This document shows, piece by piece, positions 57,730-64,000 of a stretch of 64,000 nt of DNA. Under the pieces are notes generated by a model that searched no databases, was not told where the DNA came from, and saw only the letters and a list, made by a program, of their open reading frames with translations. Location of the stretch: contig JAAYVC010000037.1 in the NCBI GenBank assembly GCA_012517375.1, forward strand, positions 3,485-67,484, given 5' to 3'. Every line of letters begins with the position of its first letter. Position 1 is the stretch's first letter. This DNA comes from a bacterium (GTDB lineage: Bacteria > Hydrothermota > Tepidihabitantia > B3-TA06). Both the position numbers and the translations under genes were made by a program.

Positions 57730-59415
57730 CTACCTTACAAGAACTACGCGCTCCCTCAAGCTTGCTTTTCCGGTTTCGAACCTGATGAAGTAGACGCCCG
57801 AACTCAGATGATGCCCTCGGTCATCGGTTCCATCCCAGACGACCTTGTAACAACCCTGGGTTTTTGGACCGTCAACAAGGCTTCTTACTACCTGTCCTGC
57901 TGCATTATATATCTTAATCGAAGCATTGCCTTCAAGACCAAGCTCGTATGAGATCTCCACATTGTTCCTTAGAAGGTAGGAGGAGAGCGTCAACTGAATC
58001 TCCTCATCTCGCTCTAGCTCGCTCACACCAGGCACCGAATCATCCGGATAAAGCTCTACGTGCTTTCCAGGTGCCATGTCTCTTCCCGCAAAGGCTGGAT
58101 AATCGGGTGCGTAGCGCCGTATCTTGAAAACAGAATTGCTGTAAACTGAATCTCCCTGCCAGACCGGGCCGCTGTCCGTGACCGGATCGATATAACGCCA
58201 AACGATATCGCCCTCCGGAGTCACCTCGAAGAACTCGCCAGAGGGTCCTTTGCAGGCAAGCGTATTGCCGTTAGGCAGACGCTGCGCCCCGCAGATGTAG
58301 GGGACGAAGAAATCCCCTGGAATCGGCGCGGTATAAGTCCATGCGAGTCCGGTCGGACCCCATGGCTGCTTGCCGATATAATTGCCTTCTTCGTCGACCG
58401 GAGGCTTGAATTCATCCAGCGACGAGTAGGGTCTGCCGGACTGAACAGAACCGTTGTTGAAGAAGATGATGTTGCCTTCTCCTGGACAGCCGGGCTCTAT
58501 CCAGTTGGCGTCGTGCCCGCCGAAGATCTTCTGGTCGTAAGAATAACCCCTGTCGTAATATGCAGGATTTCCCCAGCGGTACAGCAGGTCGCCGCCCCTT
58601 CCGTACCTGCCGCCTGTATGCCCTTTAGCCTCTTGTGTTGTCGTGGAGTGATCGATTACCCATACTTCGTTGTAGAAGGGGGTAGTCAGGATGATCTGGT
58701 CCAGTTCCTTGTTGTATTTGACGGAGTTGAGGTGAATGAAATCGGATGTGAATACGTTGCGCGCGTTGAGGTCAATTCGTTCGGGATGGTCCGCTACTTT
58801 CCCGTAGTTGTTAACCATTGAATCGTAGTCCTGCACAAGGTGATCCCAGGCATGCCACTGCCATACGATGTTGCCGCTGTCCGCACCTACTGGTTCAACT
58901 TCTATGACGTAATCGGGGTAAAGGGACAGACCGTGCAGCTTGCTTATATCTGCGCCTGCCAGAATGGCTTCCGTGTTACTTTTTATCTCCCACGCTATCA
59001 TCAGCACGTTTCCTGAGGGAAGTATCTCAATGTCGTGGTGCGAAAGGTATTTGTCTCCTGAGTACTCGAAATTCCATACCATATTGCCGTCCCAGTCGAA
59101 CTTCTGAATTCCGCCCGTAGCCCCTCCCCCGTTTAACACGGGATGCTGGCCTGTATACATGGACCGGTAAAGGTAACCGTCATCTGACAAATATGCCACT
59201 CCGCCAAGTCCCGGAATATGGTCTGATTCCCATGAACGTATCTTTCTGCCTTCGTTGTTTATGAGATAGGTTTCATACCAGTAGGCAGGCGAAAACAGCG
59301 TGTAACCCTTGAAAGAGGCTGAATCGTTTACAAACACGCCTACCGTCTGCTTTACTGCGGAAAATAGGCAAGTAGTCAGTATTAAATAAACCAAGACTAA
59401 AACTTTCTTTTGCAT
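57730..59415 (-). CDS. Arylsulfate sulfotransferase-family protein with FlgD/T9SS-type C-terminal domain
   Basis: GYTLFSP; HHDIE; DFIHLNS; LLYRWGNP; HDANW; AQRLPNGNTL; IYNAAGQ..WDG..SGVYF. Confidence 0.9.
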   Translation of the reverse strand: MQKKVLVLVYLILTTCLFSAVKQTVGVFVNDSASFKGYTLFSPAYWYETYLINNEGRKIRSWESDHIPGLGGVAYLSDDGYLYRSMYTGQHPVLNGGGATGGIQKFDWDGNMVWNFEYSGDKYLSHHDIEILPSGNVLMIAWEIKSNTEAILAGADISKLHGLSLYPDYVIEVEPVGADSGNIVWQWHAWDHLVQDYDSMVNNYGKVADHPERIDLNARNVFTSDFIHLNSVKYNKELDQIILTTPFYNEVWVIDHSTTTQEAKGHTGGRYGRGGDLLYRWGNPAYYDRGYSYDQKIFGGHDANWIEPGCPGEGNIIFFNNGSVQSGRPYSSLDEFKPPVDEEGNYIGKQPWGPTGLAWTYTAPIPGDFFVPYICGAQRLPNGNTLACKGPSGEFFEVTPEGDIVWRYIDPVTDSGPVWQGDSVYSNSVFKIRRYAPDYPAFAGRDMAPGKHVELYPDDSVPGVSELERDEEIQLTLSSYLLRNNVEISYELGLEGNASIKIYNAAGQVVRSLVDGPKTQGCYKVVWDGTDDRGHHLSSGVYFIRFETGKASLRERVVLVR

Positions 59416-59461
59416 TAATCCTCCTTGGAGGTTAAGTGACGTTTACTAAGCGCATGCGATT

Positions 59462-61093
59462 TTAATTTACCAGAACTATTCGTTTCGTCAGACTTGTCTT
59501 GCCGGTTTCAAGCTTTATGAAATATACCCCCGATTCCAGGCTTCGACCTCTGAAATCGGTTTCATTCACATCTATCTGGTAAGAACCGGACGTCTTATTC
59601 TCATTTGCGAGCGTCTTTACCAGTTGACCGGTGGCGTTGTATAGCTTTATTGAGACATTTCCGGGAAAGTCAATCTCGTATGAGATTGCCGCGAAGCCTT
59701 TGGCAATGCCGGGAGCGTATAGCGAAGCACCGCTCTCGGGCACCGACTCCGTAACCCCCGCCAGCTCGATGGGTTCCTTTGGGGTCATATCCCGACCGCT
59801 GAATGCTGGATAGTCGGGCGGATACCTTCGTATCTTGAAAACAACATTGTTCACGATTGAATCGCCCTGACGAGCCGGTCCGTATTCGTTGACCGGGTTG
59901 ATGTAAAGCCACACGACTTCGCCTTCAGGAGTAACCTCGAAAAACTTGCCCAAAGGACCGTTGCAGATAAGGGTATTTCCGTTCGGGAGTCTCTGGGCGC
60001 CCGATATAACCGGCGCAAAAAAATCACCTGGGTTAGGCGCTGAGTAGGACCAGTAAAGCTCATCGGGGCCGAATCGGGAACCGTCAAGAACGTAGTTGCC
60101 GCTGGAATCTACCGGGGTGGCGATTTCATCCGCAGAAGAAAAGCCACGTTCGGGGCCGTTGTTGAATACAAGCATGTTGCCGGATCCGGGCACGCCTTCG
60201 GCAATCCACTGGGCGTCATGCTGCTGGAAAAGGATTTGATCCTCTGGAGTACCACTGTCGTATATCTGCGGATTACCCCATCTGTAAAGCAAATCGCCGC
60301 CCTTTCCTCTCTTGCCTCCTGAATGTCCCTGGGCTTCAGCCGTAGTAGTACCATGATCGATTACCCATATCTCGCTGTAAGTGCGGCTCGAAAGAGCTAT
60401 CTGATCCAGCTCTTCATTATAATCGATGGAGTTTAAGTGGATGAAATCGGGCTGGTAAAAAGTCTGTGCGTTAATATCAATCAGTTCTGGATGGTCTCTC
60501 ACTATCCCGTAGTTACCCTTCGAAGGGTCATAGTTTTGAACCAGGTGGTCCCATAAGCGCCATTGCCATACTATGTTACCTTCAGAACTACCTGTCGGTT
60601 CGACCTCAACGATGTATTCAGATAACAAATCCCCAGTCAGAAAATCGGGATTCGCTCCAGCCTCGATTGCCTGGTCGCGTTTGATTGTCTCCATGGCTAT
60701 AATGAGTACGTTGCCCGAAGGCATAACCTCAATATCGTGGTGGGAGCCAGGAATCTCATAATGCCACACCACATTGCTTTGCCAGTCCAGCTTCTCCACC
60801 CCTCCTCCTGAAGAGCCTACAGGCGGTGAACCGGGAACAACAATAGCCCGGTAAAGATAGCCGTCCGGTGCAAGATACGCCATGAGCCCCGGCTTATAGC
60901 CTGAGTTCCAGGAGTGGACCAGGTTGCCGTCATTATCTATAAGGTAGGTTACATAATTTGTGTTGGGCGAGAAAAGGGTGTAGCCTTTGGAGGATTCCTC
61001 CGAGTTGATTAAAAGCCCTATAGTCTTTTTTGCATGCAAGTTAAACGCCGCAATGAGCAAAAAAATATACGCCGAAAGGGCTTTATTACTCAT
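59462..61093 (-). CDS. Arylsulfate sulfotransferase-family protein, paralogue, with T9SS-type C-terminal domain
   Basis: Same motifs: HHDIE, DFIHLNS, QHDAQW, AQRLPNGNTL, SGVYF. Confidence 0.9.
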   Translation of the reverse strand: MSNKALSAYIFLLIAAFNLHAKKTIGLLINSEESSKGYTLFSPNTNYVTYLIDNDGNLVHSWNSGYKPGLMAYLAPDGYLYRAIVVPGSPPVGSSGGGVEKLDWQSNVVWHYEIPGSHHDIEVMPSGNVLIIAMETIKRDQAIEAGANPDFLTGDLLSEYIVEVEPTGSSEGNIVWQWRLWDHLVQNYDPSKGNYGIVRDHPELIDINAQTFYQPDFIHLNSIDYNEELDQIALSSRTYSEIWVIDHGTTTAEAQGHSGGKRGKGGDLLYRWGNPQIYDSGTPEDQILFQQHDAQWIAEGVPGSGNMLVFNNGPERGFSSADEIATPVDSSGNYVLDGSRFGPDELYWSYSAPNPGDFFAPVISGAQRLPNGNTLICNGPLGKFFEVTPEGEVVWLYINPVNEYGPARQGDSIVNNVVFKIRRYPPDYPAFSGRDMTPKEPIELAGVTESVPESGASLYAPGIAKGFAAISYEIDFPGNVSIKLYNATGQLVKTLANENKTSGSYQIDVNETDFRGRSLESGVYFIKLETGKTSLTKRIVLVN

Positions 61094-61336
61094 TCGTTCT
61101 CCGCAAGAAGTTTATTATCAAAACATACATCCTTCAATTAAAAAACCGCAAACACAACCCAACCACTTTTTTAATTCACCCGTTTCCACCTCACCATAAA
61201 AGATGCGAAAGATTCTACCTCGATTATAGGGGTTGGGGTAAGCATGTCAATACGTACTATTAAATACAGTATGGATTACATGAAAGTTTGTAGCGTTCAA
61301 CACTTGACAGGAATTCATTATACATTACAATAGACC

Positions 61337-62485
61337 GTGAATTTTTCCAACCAAGTCTTAAAGAAGATACTATGGGCGGTTTCAGGCACATTGATATTCA
61401 TTGCTTGTTTTCCTGCGCTGCCCTTTTCAGTTATATATGTTGAAATAACCCCTCCAGGAGATACTTCAGGCACTACGTTGAAGGCGAGCATCGAAACCGA
61501 AGGTAAGGGAAAAATCACAGTAGAATGGATGAACGCCCGTTACGATTCGGTTAAGGTTGCGAAAAGGGAAGATATTGTAACAGATACGGCAGGCGTTTAC
61601 TCCTCAATCATCTCGTCCGACCTCGGCTGGTACTGGATAAATATCTATAACGAAGGTGATTCGCTGCTTTGGCAGACGGACAGCGTCTTCTGCGGACCGG
61701 ATAGCTCCCTGCCCATCGTTCATTTTTCGCCTAATCCTGAATCGGGCGCAGTACCGCTGACGGTGACTTTTTCAAATGTAACCAAAAAAGACGCTTATAC
61801 TAGATGCCGCTGGGACTTCGGAGACGGGGCCGCGTCATCGGACTGGGAACCAGTCCATACGTACGACAGTCCTGGAGTGTTCGTTGTAAAACTAAGCGTC
61901 TGCAATCTAGCCGGCTCTTCGTCGGATTCAGCTGTAATAAAGGTCACCGAGCCCTTATCGGTGAGTTCAGTAGAGATTAACCCGCACGGAAGTTCATCGA
62001 AAACATTACTTACCGCTTCGATTCAGGTCAAGGGCGGAGGTGATCTCAAGGTTTGCTGGCTCAACGCCGTGTACGACAGCGTCAAAACCGTTTTTACCGA
62101 TGTTATAACGGTAGACTCTAACGGCGCTTACGAATCAACGTTCGACTCCGATCTAGGCTGGTACTGGATCGATATCTTCGATGAGGAAAACTCGCTTTTA
62201 TGGCATACGGATTCTGTTTTCTGCGGTCCTGACTCCACCGTACCCGAGGTTGTATTTGCGCCCAGCTGGCTCTACGGATCGCATCCTTTGACCGTGGATT
62301 TCTACAACCAAACCAGCAAGAACGAATACACAAAATGGTTGTGGGACTTCGGGGACGGATTCACCACCAACTCCGACTGGGAACCCACTCACACTTACGA
62401 AAACGCCGGACAGTTCATGTCCAGGCTCTACGTTTACTGCCTGGCAGGCTCATCCGTCGATTCGACACTGATATTCGTCTGGTGA
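61337..62485 (+). CDS. PKD-domain protein with internal duplication
   Basis: WDFGDG..DWEP.HTY twice; SDLGWYWI and DSVFCGPDS twice. Confidence 0.88.
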   Translation: MNFSNQVLKKILWAVSGTLIFIACFPALPFSVIYVEITPPGDTSGTTLKASIETEGKGKITVEWMNARYDSVKVAKREDIVTDTAGVYSSIISSDLGWYWINIYNEGDSLLWQTDSVFCGPDSSLPIVHFSPNPESGAVPLTVTFSNVTKKDAYTRCRWDFGDGAASSDWEPVHTYDSPGVFVVKLSVCNLAGSSSDSAVIKVTEPLSVSSVEINPHGSSSKTLLTASIQVKGGGDLKVCWLNAVYDSVKTVFTDVITVDSNGAYESTFDSDLGWYWIDIFDEENSLLWHTDSVFCGPDSTVPEVVFAPSWLYGSHPLTVDFYNQTSKNEYTKWLWDFGDGFTTNSDWEPTHTYENAGQFMSRLYVYCLAGSSVDSTLIFVW

Positions 62486-62586
62486 ATAAACCCAGAAATA
62501 ACGCCGGGAGGTTTTTCTGGATACCAGCATTCGTTTGATGGGAATATTCGCGATAAAATCGAAAACGATTTAGGCAGGTCCTGAAT

Positions 62587-63306
62587 TCACTCTTTTTTTG
62601 CGGAATAGACTTCAAGTTTTGCAATCATCCCCCTAGCCCAGCGTTCTAGAAGCCCTATGTAGTATGAAGGCCGCGTTTGGAGATCGTCCTGAATATCATA
62701 CCAGTCCCTGGCTACACTCACGACTTGCTTATCGATTAAATCGTCAAGGTAATCAAGAATGTCATTTTTTCGTTCAAAGTATCTGCCGCGGACGACTAAA
62801 ATCCAGTTCTGAAGAGCGAAGAAGCAACTGTAGAAATTGGACCTCAGGCCTGATACAATACTGGACAAGCTTTCGCCGAACATCAAAAGATGCCGGGCAA
62901 TATGCAGGTTATCGCACGCTTTCATCTTGATATCGATAACAAGATCTTCGGCGCTTGGTGCAGGTATTAATCCTTCGACTGACCCGTAAACGGGCTTGCA
63001 GCCATTAAAGAAAAGCTGAGCCATGTGAAACGGAGGAGTCTGCTTAAGTTCTTTTACTGAGACAAGAATTCCTCCTGGTTTGAATTCGTCGGATGAGAGT
63101 TCACTGAAGATATCACGAAGGGTTCGTATATCATTATCGGCACAAACATCCAGCATTACCAGGCAGTCGATATCGCTTTTACGGTGGGGTTCCCCGCGAG
63201 CCCAACTTCCTATGTGGCCTATGAATTTGAGTCTTTCCCCGAAGGCAGCCATTAACTTTACTAAGAGCGCTTCGAGCCATGCGTCAACCTGCGATTGATT
63301 AAGCAT
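62587..63306 (-). CDS. Pol-beta-like nucleotidyltransferase domain protein
   Basis: GSWARGE...SDID; helical C-terminal domain. Confidence 0.85.
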   Translation of the reverse strand: MLNQSQVDAWLEALLVKLMAAFGERLKFIGHIGSWARGEPHRKSDIDCLVMLDVCADNDIRTLRDIFSELSSDEFKPGGILVSVKELKQTPPFHMAQLFFNGCKPVYGSVEGLIPAPSAEDLVIDIKMKACDNLHIARHLLMFGESLSSIVSGLRSNFYSCFFALQNWILVVRGRYFERKNDILDYLDDLIDKQVVSVARDWYDIQDDLQTRPSYYIGLLERWARGMIAKLEVYSAKKE

Positions 63307-63321
63307 TAGCCTACTTCCGGC

Positions 63322-63720
63322 TCATTTTTTTTCTCTCGAACCGAAATAGCCAATGGTAAAAAAAGCTGCAAGAATCGCCTGCATAACCCACGATAAGATC
63401 ATCCGGGAAGCGGATATCAATCCTGTGATAACGCTGTAGATGTTAGCTGCGGCAATCCCCAGTATCACGACGATGGTAAGGAGAGCAACTCCACGTCTTT
63501 CAATCGGTTTTATACAGGCCCAGATGAGCAGAAGAGTCCAGCCCAGCATGAGCGCCGCGCCCATCATCATGGCGTAGCGGTAAGTCGGGCTGAAGCCGGA
63601 AAACCCCCAGAGCACTCGCGCCAGCTCGGGGATAAGCATTACAGGAACCATCACTGCATCTATTAAGGCTCCGAGTATGTATGCCGCTCTCAGCCATGCT
63701 CTTGCCTTGTGCTCTTTCAT
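63322..63720 (-). CDS. Small four-TM membrane protein
   Basis: Four hydrophobic segments; SD AGGAGG. Confidence 0.75.
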   Translation of the reverse strand: MKEHKARAWLRAAYILGALIDAVMVPVMLIPELARVLWGFSGFSPTYRYAMMMGAALMLGWTLLLIWACIKPIERRGVALLTIVVILGIAAANIYSVITGLISASRMILSWVMQAILAAFFTIGYFGSREKK

Positions 63721-63728
63721 GCATCCTC

Positions 63729-63998
63729 CTAGCAGGCGCGTTCTTTTGCGCCTTCAATCATCGCCCGGAGCGCCTGGATTCTGCCTATGTGAAGGGCGGT
63801 GTGGCAGGCTGTTATAAAGAGCCAGTGCGCTATTGAAAGCTTATCCTCAGAGCTTGCAGGGACGTTGTGGAAATCCGACGAGGTAAGCGAATCGATATAT
63901 TGGTGCGATTTCCGGCGAACATCCTTGACCCATTCAAAGACATCCTCCAGAGGTTCAACCCACTTGCGAAGGTGTTCGGAAGGACACCATTCAACACC
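63729..63998 (-). CDS. DinB/YfiT-family protein, C-terminal part (runs off window)
   Basis: Open frame ..YIDSLTSSDF..SIAHWLFITACHTALHIGRIQALR..; HxxxHxG motif. Confidence 0.75.
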   Translation of the reverse strand, partial: GVEWCPSEHLRKWVEPLEDVFEWVKDVRRKSHQYIDSLTSSDFHNVPASSEDKLSIAHWLFITACHTALHIGRIQALRAMIEGAKERAC

Positions 63999-64000
63999 AA

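Overview
Roughly 50-55% GC (estimated by eye) chromosomal window from a diderm, probably anaerobic bacterium. TonB receptor, T9SS/FlgD-type C-terminal domains, superoxide reductase and rubredoxin are compatible with an FCB-related lineage such as WOR-3, which is an inference. It contains the replication origin (hypF-dnaA-oriC-dnaN-tRNA-Leu) and a thiol-redox block (PDO, TrxB, TlpA). degP is followed by an unusual sigma-70 factor with a circularly permuted PDZ insert and a duplicated region 4. A minus-strand run encodes two CPCGP-motif beta-propeller proteins and four tandem B12-dependent-type radical SAM paralogues, near a cobalamin riboswitch-btuB unit. A repeat-rich accessory patch holds two divergent low-GC paralogues with an identical 60-bp promoter/RBS. 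Further on are a sensorless kinase / receiver / REC-DUF4388-pseudo-GTPase / variant EF-G operon, a ~17-kb iron-copper-oxidative-stress region ending in NqrBCDEF (no NqrA) plus rubredoxin, an IS30 relic and two arylsulfate sulfotransferases. Most recognisable sigma-70 promoters have a 16-bp rather than 17-bp spacer. All calls are by-eye motif recognition; no searches were run.
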